Under the pieces are notes generated by a model. It was given only the letters and a program-made list of their open reading frames with translations. It did not search any database and was not told where the DNA came from. DNA of 64,000 nucleotides from Octopus vulgaris (taxonomy: Eukaryota), in NCBI GenBank assembly GCA_951406725.2, contig OX597837.1, forward strand, positions 47,554,001-47,618,000. The letters run 5' to 3'. Shown piece after piece: positions 41,076-54,969 of the stretch. Position 1 is the first letter of the stretch; each line of letters opens with the position of its first letter. The position numbers and the translations under genes are program-made.

Positions 41076-41130
<55 letters not shown>

Positions 41131-42550
41131 TACATATGTGTGTGTGTACATCATACATATAAATGTATATGCGTATACACACACACACACGTACACGTAT
41201 GTGTATATATAATATGTGTGTATGCATGGATGACTAGATGGTTGGATGCATATATATATATATATATATATATAATGAGTGTATACATCTTTATATATAT
41301 TATATATGTATGTGTATGTGTTTGTGTACGTGCGAGTGTGTGTAGTATTTTAGTGTCATTCACGTGACATATAATTTTCCTTCCAGTAAAGAAAATGACT
41401 TCTCTCTATTTTTAAAAGTGTTTTCTCTTTTTCTTTCTTCTTTTCAAAATCAAAAGTCCTGTCTTCCATTTGTTTCATACAAGACTTCACGGTCCCCTGG
41501 CCGCGCGGTTTCAAATCATAACAGGAGAAACTGGAAATTAAAAATAAAGTTAATTTCTAATTTTTTTTTTAATAGAAGTAGTTGTTATTTATTTCTCAAT
41601 GTAAAACATTCGGTGAATGTTCGAATCCAGTTGAAGATTGGTGAGTGAAAGGGACTTTTCCCTCCTACCATCTGTACTAATACACAAGATAAACCATAGG
41701 ATGAAGGTAGAGTTACATTTTATTCTCTTTCTTTTTTTCTCCATTATTTGTAGGTGCATGTTTCGATATCTTTACACGTCATCAGCACAGCTCAAAGACA
41801 ACGATATTTATATTCTAAGTAAATTTAAGTCAAAGTTAAGTTGTTATTCAGAATACGTATAAGCCGAAGAGGAAATGAAATTCAAGAGAGGTGAAGAAAG
41901 GTATAACTACCTTTCGCCGAGCTGGACTTGTCCAAAAACATCAGCGTTTGTTATCAAAGTGTTGATTCATATTAGTGAGATTTTGTTTGGTAATAATTCT
42001 TTCTTCGAAAAGGACAAGGGCTAGAAGCTTTAAGGGAGGGACAAGTCTATTACATCAACCCCCAGAGTTCTGCCACTATTTATTTTATCGACCCCGAAAG
42101 AGATGAAAACGCAAATTTCAACTCATTGTGTAAAAGCCACAAAGCATTTTGCCCGGCGCACCAACGATTCTCGCCGCCTGACACCGTTTCATGCAAATAA
42201 AACTAACATCTCTGACATGATGTCGGATTATTCAACCACTTAGCCAAGGTCCCATCTCCGACCAACTGCCAGAAGAGGTTCAAGGTCAGAAATTATGAAA
42301 GACGTCTGCATTCGTGTAATTTCTGACTGAAAATGAAATCGGACATTTCATTAATGTGCAGAGAATAATAAAAAATATCGAACAATAATAACTACATTGA
42401 ACAAATAAATATATCGAGAAATAAATAGGTTGTTGTAATTGTACAACAGATAAGTGCTTCTGTGACAAAAGAGAGATAGAAAATAACCAACTCTATTTGA
42501 GGAAATAAGAACGTATGTGAATAAAGCAAAAAATTCTATAATGGCCTTGA

Positions 42551-42584
<34 letters not shown>

Positions 42585-42954
42585 GGTGGTGGTGGTGGTG
42601 GTGGTGATGACGACGACGACAACAAGGAGAATACGAAGAATTTAGCCCTTTTTCGGAATCAAGATTTATAAGTACGAAAACTTTCGTTGTCATAATTAAT
42701 GGTTTCTGATTTAGACATTTTGAATGGGGAGGGGGCTTAGTTGATTTCATCGACTTCAATACATGAGTGGTACTTTATGTTTTTGGCCCCCGAGGGATGA
42801 ATGGCAAATGGTGGAATTTGAACTCACAACATAAAAACCGTAACTAAATATCGATTTTCACTTTGTCTGACGCTCTCACAATTCTGCCAATCACTCATCA
42901 TAATAATCCTTTCTTTTAAAGATACGAGCCTTGCAACCTTTTTCTTTTTTTTTT

Positions 42955-43340
42955 CGACCCCAGTATTCAACTGGTACTTATTTTATCGACCCCGAAAGGA
43001 TGAAAGGTAAAGTTGACCTCGGCAGAATTTGAACTCAGAAAGTAGCGACCGGCGAAATACCGCTAAGCATTTCACCCAAAGCGCTTACGATTCTGCCAGC
43101 TTGCCATCTTTGATGAAAAAATATGATAATCTTTTCTACTATAGGCACAAGGCCCGAAATTTGGGGGGAAGGGGCCAGTCGATTAGATCGACCCAGTTGG
43201 CAACTGATACTTAATTTATCGACCCCGAAAGGATGAAAGGCAAAGTCGACCTCGGTGGGATTTGAACTCACAACGTAAAGACCGATGAAATACCGGTAAG
43301 CATTTCGCCCAGCGTGCTAACGATTCTGCCAGCTCGCTGC
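42955..43340 (-). mobile_element. Two tandem SINE family B copies
   Basis: ATCGACCCCGAAAGGATGAAAGG..TTTGAACTCA..GATTCTGCCAGCT occurs twice. Confidence 0.85.
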
Positions 43341-43540
43341 GTTAATGATGATGATGATGATGATAGAGTGTGTGGAATTTGGGATGAAAAATAATGGAAC
43401 ACATTGTTGCAGAATGTCCCATGATGACCCAAGGAAAGCAGAAGAAATGGTGGCCTGACCAAGTTGTAGAAGTTGTCCGAAATGGTGGGTTTGAAGCTGG
43501 AAGTATTTGGTATAACCATCGGGTTGCAAGAGGTAGAGTG

Positions 43541-43606
43541 GTACAATTGTTTCATGCTACTTCATTTTATTAAACACTGTAAGTATTACATCAGTTTTAA
43601 AATGTC
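43541..43606 (-). mobile_element. Isolated fragment of the 37.8-kb HHR element family
   Basis: Reverse complement of about 37901-37966 (3' half of the HHR). Confidence 0.8.
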
Positions 43607-44175
43607 TAGAATAATCACTAATGGAATAATGGTCAATTAGGTTCAACTTGGAACTAAATAACTACAAGAGTAACAACAACAACATGGAAAACAGCAGCTG
43701 AAACGTACAGATTACCCTTTTACAATATGATCCATCAATACGCTAGAAATAGTAGCCAATTCTACCTTAAATCATACCTTATTTATAAAAAAAAAAGGCA
43801 ATATCCATCGTATAGATATACACAGCCCGGAAATGTCCAAAGAAGTATTTTAGGCAGAAAGTAAAGAAACGAAGAACGGAAATATAAAGTTACAAAAGGA
43901 GTTCAAGGCTGGAGTGAAAAAGAGAAATGTTTTTACTGAAATGATTTCCATCGCAGAGAATTGCAGAAAAAGAATTAAGGAAAAGAGAGACGTGCATCCG
44001 TTTTGGAAAAGAAAAGAGAATAGAAAAATAAGTGTATTACAGCTAGGAATGATCATCCTTCATCAAAAGAGACAGAGAGAGAGAAGAAAAGGATTTAAAA
44101 GAGTGTTCTTACGTTTGGGGTTATCCTGGAACAAGGAAAATAAGAGAGGAAAGAATTAGGGAATATACAGATATA

Positions 44176-44210
44176 TTCTGACGTTTCGGACTGTGCCCTT
44201 CACCAAAGAA
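44176..44210 (-). ncRNA. Degenerate minimal hammerhead, probably in a PLE 3' remnant
   Basis: Minus strand TTCT-TTGGTGA-A-GGGCacaGTCC-GAAA-CG-TC-AGAA. Confidence 0.55.
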
Positions 44211-44449
44211 ATTTTTTTTAAAAATGGAAGAGTTAAGAAGCAAAGGAATGTTCCTATGTTTTGGATTGTTTACCCTTCATGAAAGGAGAGAAGATAAAAG
44301 AAACGAAACGAAACGACAGAGAAAAAAAAAGAGAGAAATTCCGAGGCAGAAGGTCAAACGTGTAACATGCACTGAAGTGATGAAGGACGAAAACTTTTGC
44401 CTTAGATTACCCAATCCAGGTCCCGGATTACATTTATTATTATTATTAA

Positions 44450-44636
44450 GGGGGCGAGTAAAATGCTTAGCGGCATTTTGCCCGTTTTTACGTCCTGAGT
44501 TCAAATTCCGCCGAGGTCGATGTTGCCTTTCATCCTTTCGGGGTCGATAAATTAAGTACCAGTTGCGTACTGGGGTTGACCTAATCGACTGGTCTCCTCC
44601 CCTCAAATTTCGGGCCTTGTGCCTAGAGTAGAAAGG
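44450..44636 (+). mobile_element. SINE family B between (TTA)n tracts
   Basis: GAGTTCAAATTCCGCCGAGGTCGA..GCCTTTCATCCTTTCGGGGTCGATAA. Confidence 0.85.
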
Positions 44637-44649
44637 ATTATTATTACTG

Positions 44650-44689
<40 letters not shown>

Positions 44690-44816
44690 CATCATCATTA
44701 TTATTACTACTACTACTACTACTAGTAGTAGTAGTAGTAGTACTACTACTAGTAGTAGTAGTACTACTACTAGTAGTAGTAGTAGTACTACTACTACTAC
44801 TGCTACTACTACTAAT

Positions 44817-45060
44817 ATTACCCAGCGTGTGTAAGCGAAAGCAAGGTATTGTATTCACTCGTATTTGTCTGTTTGTATGTTTGTAAAATTACTGGAAAAC
44901 GGCTGAACAGATTTTCACCACATTTGGCAGAACTACTCATTGGGTGAGAGGATTGAAATGATGAACATTTGGTTTGAATTTCTTAAAAAAATTTTTTTTT
45001 AATTAAAAATTAAAACAAAATCAAACTTACAAATTTCCCGATAAGCAAGTGGTCATATTT
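44817..45060 (+). mobile_element. Helentron/HINE (DINE-1-like) fragment
   Basis: TATTACCC..AAGGTATTG, GTCTGTTTGTATGTTTG tract, AAAACGGCTGAACAGATTTTCACCACATTTGG. Confidence 0.45.
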
Positions 45061-45172
45061 TGTTCACCTTCTTTTTCATGTGAATCGAGCCCCGTCTGCG
45101 TGTGTATAGATCATCGTGTACCTATACGTGTAGACACGTGTACATACATACATACATACATACATACATACA

Positions 45173-45203
<31 letters not shown>

Positions 45204-45225
45204 GCGACTCTGTGTGTGTATGTAC

Positions 45226-45278
<53 letters not shown>

Positions 45279-45504
45279 CGTGTATGTGTGTGTGTGTGCA
45301 TGCGTGTGTGTGTGCGTGTGTGTGTACAGTGATGGATTCGAGAGTTTCGTTTATTTACGCGCTGATTCCTTAATTTCACCAGAGTTTAAATTCCTATAAT
45401 GGTGATACTTTCAAAAAATCGAACTTACAAGTTTCTCGATAAGCAGAATATTTTCAACTCTCTCTTCACATGATATGCTAACAGCATTGGCTATTCGATT
45501 TATA

Positions 45505-45947
45505 ATCAATAACCTGTCATCTATCACCATGTAGTGAACACGATCAATGTTTTCCTTGGTGGTAGCAGTTGCAGGACGTCCAGACATTGGCTCATCTCCA
45601 AGACTCTTCCTTCTTCTCCTAAATTTGACAGCCTACTTTTTGCACTGTTGATGAAGCTGGAGTGTCCATCACCTAATGTAGCAACGATGTCAGCATGGAG
45701 GTACTTGGGGGCGAAACCCATTTTCTACAGGAATTTGATGACATCCCGATGCCAAATTCTGTTCATTTTCAAGAGAAGTTGCTAAAAGTTACTTTTGAAG
45801 TTTCTCTTTGAAAAGTCAGATCTCAGTTTACCTGGAAACAAACGATACAGTTTTTAATGGGAATATTAGAATTCAATGCATGCAAGATTCCCCATCTCTA
45901 GCATCAATCCTTCATTGTCAGCCTCTGAAGTTTTCAACTCATCCTCG
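45505..45947 (-). mobile_element. Mariner 5' end and HTH-domain relic
   Basis: TA-CGAGGATGAGTTGAAAA terminus; R.VIKFL..G..P..LH.D...LGD and DEPMSGRPATATT.ENIDRV motifs. Confidence 0.75.
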
Positions 45948-46312
45948 TAATTCAAAGGTTCCACGTATGCCACAATCACTGCTCGGGTTGGTTCCACCCG
46001 AGAATTATATTTGCAGATACACGATTCTTTGAAATATTCAGTCACAAATTATTATAAAGTATTTTAATAAATAAAACGGTTTAGTTGACCAACTGAATGT
46101 TCATCGCCGAGAGCGACGGAGATCCATCCTACATGTCGGGATGGGTGGAATATAGAACAGATGGAGATTGACAGAGGGATAAAGATGGAGGTGAGACTGG
46201 ATGAGAGAGAAGAGAGAGAGAGAGAGAGGAACTGGGAATGAGGGAGCAGGAGGGGGCAAGAGAGAGAGAGAGAGAGAGAGTCACTGACGGGACAGGGACT
46301 AACGATGACGAC

Positions 46313-46355
<43 letters not shown>

Positions 46356-46484
46356 GGTGGAGTTATTTCCCTTTATTTCTACCATCATCATCATCATCAT
46401 CATCACCAACGGCGCTAGTCCGAGTCTCGTCAACAGCTATTTTCTTCTGCTATCATTACTACTCCCACCGCCACCAGCATTATC

Positions 46485-46526
<42 letters not shown>

Positions 46527-47335
46527 CTGGAAGCTGGTTGCTGCTACTGTAACATGGAACCGAAGCAGCAGCAGCGGCAGAAAGCAAGAGAAAGCTAATA
46601 TGGGAATCTCTTCCTGGTCGCTCTTTGTGCTAAAAATAGCAGTCAAAACTCCCTCAGTTGACACGTTCTCTCTTCAATAAAGACCTTCTTATTTAATGTA
46701 GCCCTGTATTCCAATAACAGTGACAGGGTGGGCACGGTCGTAACGTCTTTTATCCTTATGAAGGCGGCTCGACCTGGCCTGGCCTAGCCTGGCCTGGCCT
46801 AGCCTGGCCTGGCCTGGGGCTAAATACCCAAAAATAGCAGCAGCAAGATCAGCATGGAGAGGGGGAGGGGGTGAGACGAATGTCAAAGCAACAGAAATGT
46901 GACACAGCGCTGCAACCACGACCACCACCACCACCACCACCATGATGTAATAGCCGTCTGATAATATTGTTGGGTGGCCATGATTGGAACGTATTCGATG
47001 ATAGGTCAGCTTTAATCAACTCAGACCAGGGACTAAAAAGACAACGCTGTAGCAGAAGCAGCAGCAGCAGCAGTGGTAGTAGCAGTGGTAGTAGTAGTAG
47101 TAGCAGAAGCAGTGGTAGTAGTAGTAGTAGTAGTAGTAGTAGCAGTAGCAGTGGTAGTAGTAGTAGTGTCAAGTGCAGCCGTAGCTGCTGTGATATCAGC
47201 AGCAGCACAGCAGCATCGCTCACTGCAGCAGCAGCAGCAGCAGCTGCCGACAGAAGCCGAAACGAAGAAGAATTCTTGCCGGGTTCTGCAAACGAGAAAC
47301 GGGCAGAAACAACACTTGACAACCTGTTAACATAT

Positions 47336-47387
<52 letters not shown>

Positions 47388-47487
47388 TGTCTATCAACGG
47401 ATCGACTCTATCCGCCTGTCTGTCTGTCTGTCTGGATTTAGATCAGTCTGTCTGACCATCAATCTGCCTGCAATATCTCTTTCTCTT

Positions 47488-47558
<71 letters not shown>

Positions 47559-47714
47559 GACGGTCTATCTGCTTGTCCGTCCATATATGTGTGTCTGTGT
47601 GTCCAGTCCGATGTAAAAACGAAAAACTATATCTCGCTTTATCTCACCGTCTCTCTTTCTCTCTCTCTCTCCCTCTCTCTCTCCCTCTCTCTCTCCCTCT
47701 CCCTCTCTCTCTCC

Positions 47715-47812
<98 letters not shown>

Positions 47813-48711
47813 CAGTCTGGTCAGGAATATTATTCACCAAAACACAACAGGAATACGAAAGGAAAAAACCTCGCCCCAACTGGATCAATTAACAACAACA
47901 ACAGCAACCACTATCATCACCATCACAACAACCGTGTCTACCGCTAACACCACCACCAACACCACTAACACTACCACCGCTACTACTGTACAGAAGCGAC
48001 AACAACAGCAATAACAACACTAACGCACGACTGGCAGGACTTGGGTCATTTCTAGTCCAACTACGACCACCACTGCGGCTGCTGGACTACCACTACCATC
48101 AACTACAACTACAACCTCTGTTACGACTGCTACTGCTACTACTACTACTACTAGTATTGGGACCATCAAAACCGTGACCACCACCAACTGGACGACAACA
48201 ATAATCACAACGCCAACAGCAATCAGAGCAAGGAACTGTCGCATCTGATAGTCATCATATATTTATATTGCATTATAGGTGGTGGCGGCAGCGGTGGCGG
48301 TTTCGAGTCTCTCTCTCTCTCTCTGCCTTAAATTCTCTCGTGTGTCGAATATGCCGTGTAAAGCACAATACGTCAAGCAATACACAGACATTTAATACAC
48401 ACAAACACACACACACACACACGATACATACATACATATATATGTATACATATATATACATATAATTATGTGTATGTATATATATATATGTATATGTATG
48501 TTCGTATGCCTGTATAATTTTTTAATTTATCCGCATGAAATGCCTTAACTACTGTGTATATATTAATACATCAATGTATATACCCATATATAACACATAA
48601 ATATATCGAATATATATATATATACACACAGATAGAGTGATACAGTTACACACACACACACATACACACCACTGTGCTTGCTTCATTCATAGTATAAACC
48701 GCGTCAGTAGC

Positions 48712-48744
<33 letters not shown>

Positions 48745-48808
48745 TTATGTATACACACATGCATGCATACATCAGTGTCTTTAAACAACAACAACAACAA
48801 CAACAACA

Positions 48809-48947
48809 ATGGCAACACTATCCACATCATTAACAACAACGACTACCATTATTATTATTATTATGATTACCAAAATGATGGTGCTATTAGGAATTCTAAA
48901 CCTGGCCACAGCGCTGCCGGATTTTACCCGAATGGCAATCGTGCAAA
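48809..48947 (+). CDS. Candidate first coding exon encoding a signal peptide (unidentified secreted or membrane protein)
   Basis: MATLSTSLTTTTTIIIIIMITKMMVLLGILNLATA-LPDFTRMAIVQ followed by a phase-1 GTAAGT donor at 48948; no downstream exon identified. Confidence 0.35.
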
Positions 48948-48983
48948 GTAAGTAAATCAACATCATCATCATCATCATCATCA

Positions 48984-49027
<44 letters not shown>

Positions 49028-49536
49028 GACATACCGTTACTGTTTCGCTTTTCTTTTTCGGCATTGTATCCCCCCCCCAATCGTTTTGCCTTAAAATAAC
49101 GAAATAAATATTCATAACATGACACAGAATGTAATTATACAATAAAAGTATAAAAAATAGTAAGGGAACATTCAGTATTGTAGTCCCAGGTAGGCTATGA
49201 CAGAAGAAAATAAAAATACAAAACAACGATGATGTTCATGTGAGGAATACCGTTGATCTTAGGGTTTGTTTGAGGATCGATGTCGACCTGGGGCTTTACT
49301 GTTTGAACCCAGCGAGAGAGTCACTATGGGATTGCCGCGGCTCGTTCTCCCAGAAGTAGCAACCAAATATAACATGATATAATATATAATGTGATATTAT
49401 TTCATATAATATTAATATCATTATGATACATATACGCTATAATGTAATATCAATATACCTTAGCTCGCTCTCTCTCTCTCACTCTCTCTCTCTCTCTCTC
49501 TCTCTACATATATATATATATGTATGTATATATATG

Positions 49537-49573
<37 letters not shown>

Positions 49574-51859
49574 GTATAATATACTATATTTGATTGTTGT
49601 TGTTGCTTCGCCCTGGACCAGTACTGATCCAGCTGTCGCCAATGATCCTAGGCGTTCCAACTGTGACCATTGCTTCCTCGCTTTTATTTAAACATTTTCT
49701 ACATAGGACTACATCATCCACCATGTTCTCCTTTCTGTTTTAAGACGGTGAAGCGTGCCTTGGGGAGGGGCATATGCCTACTCTTTCTAGCATGTTTGAT
49801 GTCTGCATAGAGGCTTCCTCGTTTATTCAAATAATCGATATCGCATAATTTGATATGATTTCGAAATCGATATCTTCTGGCTGGCTCAGAGCGGGAAACG
49901 TGTCTAGGCGACCCCAGTACGTTACTGGTATTAACATTATTATTCAAACCAAGATGTGATCTCTGTGTGACCACTTAAGTTGTTAGAAATAGCAGCTAAA
50001 TGTCCCTCCAAATAACTCCCGCTCCCTGTGTACCCCTTAAAAAAGGACATGTTAGCTTGGGTTCCGTGTATATAGAGGAAGGGGATAGGGTCACGGCTGG
50101 AACGTAAACGATCAGGACTACCTAGGGATAAACAGTAAAACATCTGGTTATTTCTTTACTCGAGCCAATGAGAGGGATGGATGGTCACAATGCAATGGAT
50201 CAAGCTGCTAGAAATAACAGCTAAATTTCTCTGAAACTGTACTCTACAGGCATTAATTAGACAATGTGGCTCCTAATAGTCTGTACAGTGGAATGGTCAT
50301 GGTTGGATCACATGATCATAGACCTGTGCTCGACTAGTTCTAACCTAGGGTTGAACCATGTGCACCGCCACCACTATTACTACAACGCGGCACCAAGAAA
50401 AGAAACTCGTCTCTCATCGCACCTGCTAGAAATAACAGCCAAATAAATCTCTCACAAAATCACTCTCAAAAAGGAAGAACACATAGACTAGACAACGTAG
50501 TCCTAGATACACTATGTCTTAACAAAAGACAGGATGGTCGCCACTGGAACGCCTGTGGTCATACATTGCTGAATCAATGACAAACACTGACCAAATACCA
50601 GTAATTAACCGGGTTAACGTTGGAACTAATGTTGCTAATATTCAGAATGCAGGACATTGCTAATATGTGTAAGATACACACACAGCAATATGAAGATTGT
50701 AATGTCTGCTACACTAGACATAGGTGTCGACTGAGGTAAGGTGATTAGAGGGTCTTGCAGCGGGAGAGGAACAATTAAAGTGAATTCACACAGCTTCCTA
50801 CCTTCGGCCAATGCGTGTGTGTGTGTGCGCGCGCGCGCGTTTGGCGGAGAATTAGCAGAATCTTTGGAGCATGCGGGAGAGCAGAGTGCCTTGCGGTATC
50901 TATGTCCCAGCTCTGCATTCGACTTGGCCTTTCTAAGACACACGCCCTTCTTGCTTTCTCTCTCTCTCTCTTCTCTTCTCTCTATCTCTCTCTCCCTTTC
51001 TCTTTTCAAGCAATTTGTTGTGGTCAGATTTGGAGAGGTGTGCGTCCAAGACATACCATATGTCACTATGACACCCACCCCCCTCTGCTTTAAAAATCCA
51101 AGAGTTTTTACTTTAAGGCAGGGTTAAAATGTTTTGTGATAATTGGTCCCGCTCTCAACGATCTGAATTTAAATCCCTCCAAAGTCAACTTTTTCATGGT
51201 CGATAAATAAAGTACCAGTCGATGATTGGCGGGTGTGGAGTGGGTGGGTGGGGGGAGAGCCACCGGCTGATTTGTTTGAGCGTCCCACCTCATAGTTTGT
51301 GGTGTTTATTGCAGCGTTCTGGCGGCAGCTTCTGCGACAAACGCTGGTGCTTGCCTTTCTCTTGGTCGACGCTAGTGTGGTGGAGAACGGACACTTGCTT
51401 GCCTGGATAACCTGAAGTCTTCCTTAAAAGGAAATCCCTGTGCAAGTCTATACCGCGGAGAGAATGTTTCCAGGTTCAGATCCACATTCCCACGAGATAT
51501 ACAGAGACCCCCATCCCCGGACAAGATGTAAAATACAATGCTATAACTAATAATAATAATATATTTTTTTGTAGAGCGTCCAGTAACTAAATTCCACTCG
51601 CAAGACATTGGTCCACTCCAAATTTAATAGAAGACCTCTGTGCAAGGTGATGCGCTATGAAATCGAACCCACAACCACGTTGTTGCAAAGCAAACTGTTT
51701 AACCACACTACTATGCCTCCGCCTGTATGTTTACAATTCGTCTCTGCTCGGATGCCGCTGAATGCCAGGCTCTGTCACGTCCCCAGCGCCTCCCAAACAA
51801 TTAATTAATTCCCATTTTATCCAAAATAACGAAGCTCCAAAATTTTAGGGGCCACCTTG

Positions 51860-52720
51860 ATGTCTCATTTATTTGTTTGATTGCTTTATTTAAACGTTGA
51901 TCAGGCAACCCTCATTCATATTGGTCATGACGTCCTCAACAGCAGATATAAGGGACTCTATATATTGTGGACACACGTGTTGATCTCCTTCTTAGCGGCA
52001 CCCCAGAAGGAGTAGTTCAGTCGTTTAAATCAAGGGAGCTAGGACACCAAACATTAGGGATAATAGGATCACGAAGATTTTCGACCGTCCACTCCTTGAT
52101 CGTGCAGGCTGTGTGCGAAGGAGTTGAGTCTTCTTGGAACACGTAGGGTCACCACAGAAAAACTCTCTCGATTCAGGGTTTCACAACTGTCTCCATTGCC
52201 TCGATGTAGGCTGCTGCATTGACCCAAAGACCTTGCGGAGAAAGTGAGAAGATATAACATGGCCCGCATTGCTCACGACCCTAAGACCATCATAGTTGAT
52301 AAGAACTTGGTGCACATACGACGGGTGCAGAGCCATTTGTCATTTCTCCAGTACGATGTTTGATCTTCGACAAATTTCTCGTCTGAAAAGAACCGGAGCA
52401 TTTTGGGTTCCTCGGTGTGCCTGAGTTTATTCAACAAGCTCTTCGACCGGATCACTGCTCTAACTGCTCTAACTGGACATAAACTGACCCTTTCTCATAG
52501 GATTTTTACCTGATGTCTCTGGTTGTAACATGGAAAAGGAGTGGCATCGGTGTCGTTGACTTGCCTCCACTCCCATTCATGCTTTCCGGGACTTGCTCAA
52601 CAAACGCAACTTTTCTAACGATTGACCGTCGGTTTTTACTTTTTTTGCTTGTTTGTTTAAACTTATCGCTTTTTTTTTTCTTTACCCTGGAAGACACATT
52701 CTCGCCAGAGGCCAGAAGTT
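51860..52720 (-). mobile_element. Degraded Tc1/maT-like transposase
   Basis: LRFFSDEKF..DQ...RNDKWL (52273-52455) and a W.PSSLDLN.LNYSFWG-like motif near 52000-52050. Confidence 0.7.
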
Positions 52721-52933
52721 ATTTAAGAAGATTGCAATGTTAGAATCACAATGGTTGGCAGTTAAGACGATGAGATCGACATGCCTGCCGTTCCAACGTC
52801 TGCCTTAGACTCAAAAGTTTAATTAAAGTTCGGGCCAATTATGATTCTTAAAAGTTATATATGTATGTATGCATATGTACATATATGTGTGTATGTATGT
52901 ATGTATGTATGTATGTATGTATGTATATGTACA

Positions 52934-52980
<47 letters not shown>

Positions 52981-53204
52981 GTATATAAATGTATGTATGT
53001 GTGTGTGTGTGTATGTGTGTGTGTGTGTGTGTCTATATATATATACATATAATAACAATAATTCTAGGATGGAATTCATAACTATTTAATACATCGCATA
53101 AGTCACATCAGAGTCCGTATCCTTGGAATGAGTAGAGTCCGTATTATCCGTGCGCATCCGGTTGATCATCATCATCGATTCATTATCAAAGACTAATTCA
53201 ATTA

Positions 53205-53259
<55 letters not shown>

Positions 53260-53974
53260 CATTATTATATTTTTATCCTACATCATATCGGTATAACCAT
53301 GATGTAACCCCAAAAGACTGGTTCATTACTCAGCATCATTAGACTGTGGTCGGCATAATGGTACCGGAGCTTTACTTGCATACCTTTAACGTTACCATTA
53401 AGTGAATCTAAAAACTGTGGGGGTGGGGGTGTTTGTGTGTGTGTGTGTGTGTGTGTTTGTGTGTATGCATACAGACATTCACACAGAGAAACGTGTGTGT
53501 GTGTGTGTCTGAGGAAACTCAAAAAAGTCCGACAATGCTTCATCGCATTCCACCTGAGAAAGCACCAACATCATCATCATCATCATCATCACCAACAACA
53601 TTCGTTTCGAAACCATCATCCTAACACCTCCTCCTCCTCCCCCTCCTCCCCCTCTAGACAATAGTTCCATTCATGGCTTTCATTAGTTTTCCCATGATGC
53701 AACAGTCTTCTTGTATTCCAGCAGACATTGATTGGTCTGGCATCGATCACCGCCATGCAATTATTACTTCCGGTTGGTGTTATTGTTGTTGTCGTACCTG
53801 TTGTTGTTGCTGCTACTGATGATGATGATGATGATGATGGTGCTTTTGTAAATTATGCCGGTGGAAAAGGTTTTCGTTATCACCATTCCACCACCACCAC
53901 CACCACCACCACCACTGCTGCTGCTACTACCACTACAGCTACATCAACTACTACTACTATTACTACTACTAGCA

Positions 53975-54385
53975 ATTTCGGGGAAGCGGATAAGTCGATT
54001 ACATCGACCCCAGTACTCAACTGGTATTTAATTTATCGACCCTGAAAGGATAAAAGGCAAAGTCAACCTCGGCGGAATTCGAACTCAGAACGTAGCGACA
54101 GCTGAAATACCACGAAGCATTTCGTTCAACGTTCTAACGACTCTGCCAGTTCGCCGCCTTAATAATAGTAATAATAAACATCATTTTTATTATAGCTTGA
54201 AATTTAATGGGGAGAGGGTTAGTCAATTATATCGACCCCAGTGTTTCACTGGTACTTAATTTATCGACTCCGAAAGGATGAAAGGCAAAGTCGACCTCGG
54301 CGAAATTTGAACTCAGAACGTAGCGACAGGCAAAATAACGCTTAGCATTTTGCCCAGCGTGCTAACAACTCTGCCAGCTCGCCGC
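53975..54385 (-). mobile_element. Two tandem SINE family B copies
   Basis: Same core as 42955-43340. Confidence 0.85.
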
Positions 54386-54390
54386 ATAAA

Positions 54391-54457
<67 letters not shown>

Positions 54458-54458
<1 letters not shown>

Positions 54459-54663
54459 TATGTTTGACTTTTGCTTTATGTTTGTACAAGTTGGCTCCAC
54501 GTCTCACCCAGAGACCTCAAGAGACAACAGGTTGGAAGTTCATGTTGTTGTTATGCCTAGTGTGCCATATATTTGGGGGGTTTTTTGGTGTTGTACTAGT
54601 GAATGTCTAATAAATAATTTTTTTTTTTAAATTGTTTGTTTTAAACCTTGAGATTACATAGAG

Positions 54664-54667
<4 letters not shown>
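54458..54667 (-). mobile_element. Dong/R4 LINE 3' UTR fragment inside (TTA)n
   Basis: Homologous to 59125-59327; TTA arrays on both sides. Confidence 0.75.
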
Positions 54668-54723
<56 letters not shown>

Positions 54724-54938
54724 ACGCTTACTAATTTGATAGGTAGGCGACCACTACCAATAACAGCAACGCAATAATCATTCTCCTCAATGCTTCCACT
54801 ATTATCACCATCATCATCATCCTCATCCGCATGATCGTCCTCCTCTTTTTTTCTCATTCTCAGCATCCTCTTCCAGATACTTATTTATTGATAATGTGAA
54901 AGTGCATGCCTGCGTCTATGTATATGTGTTTGTAAGGG

Positions 54939-54969
<31 letters not shown>

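Larger units (their letters stand above)
39814..41079. mobile_element. Retrozyme-like element: 1.5 tandem copies of a 563-564-bp monomer plus an inverted 421-bp copy, between (TA)n
   Basis: 39814-40096 repeated at 40378-40659; 40659-41079 is the reverse complement of the monomer; three HHRs. Confidence 0.92.

Noticed and set aside
42264-42326. Hairpin GTCAGAAATTA/TAATTTCTGAC overlapping an HHR-like CAGAAGA..GAAA..GTC
   Set aside because: Core and stem II are inconsistent; too degenerate to call.
46849-47455. Ser/Ala-rich 162-aa and Leu-rich 182-aa ORFs
   Set aside because: Dominated by (AGT)n/(AGC)n/(CT)n repeats, with SINE-like flanks; more likely UTR or intergenic.
50646-50740. Possible second exon (CAG acceptor, GAG/GTAAGG donor) for the 48.8-kb exon
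   Set aside because: A phase-1 continuation hits a stop codon within six codons.
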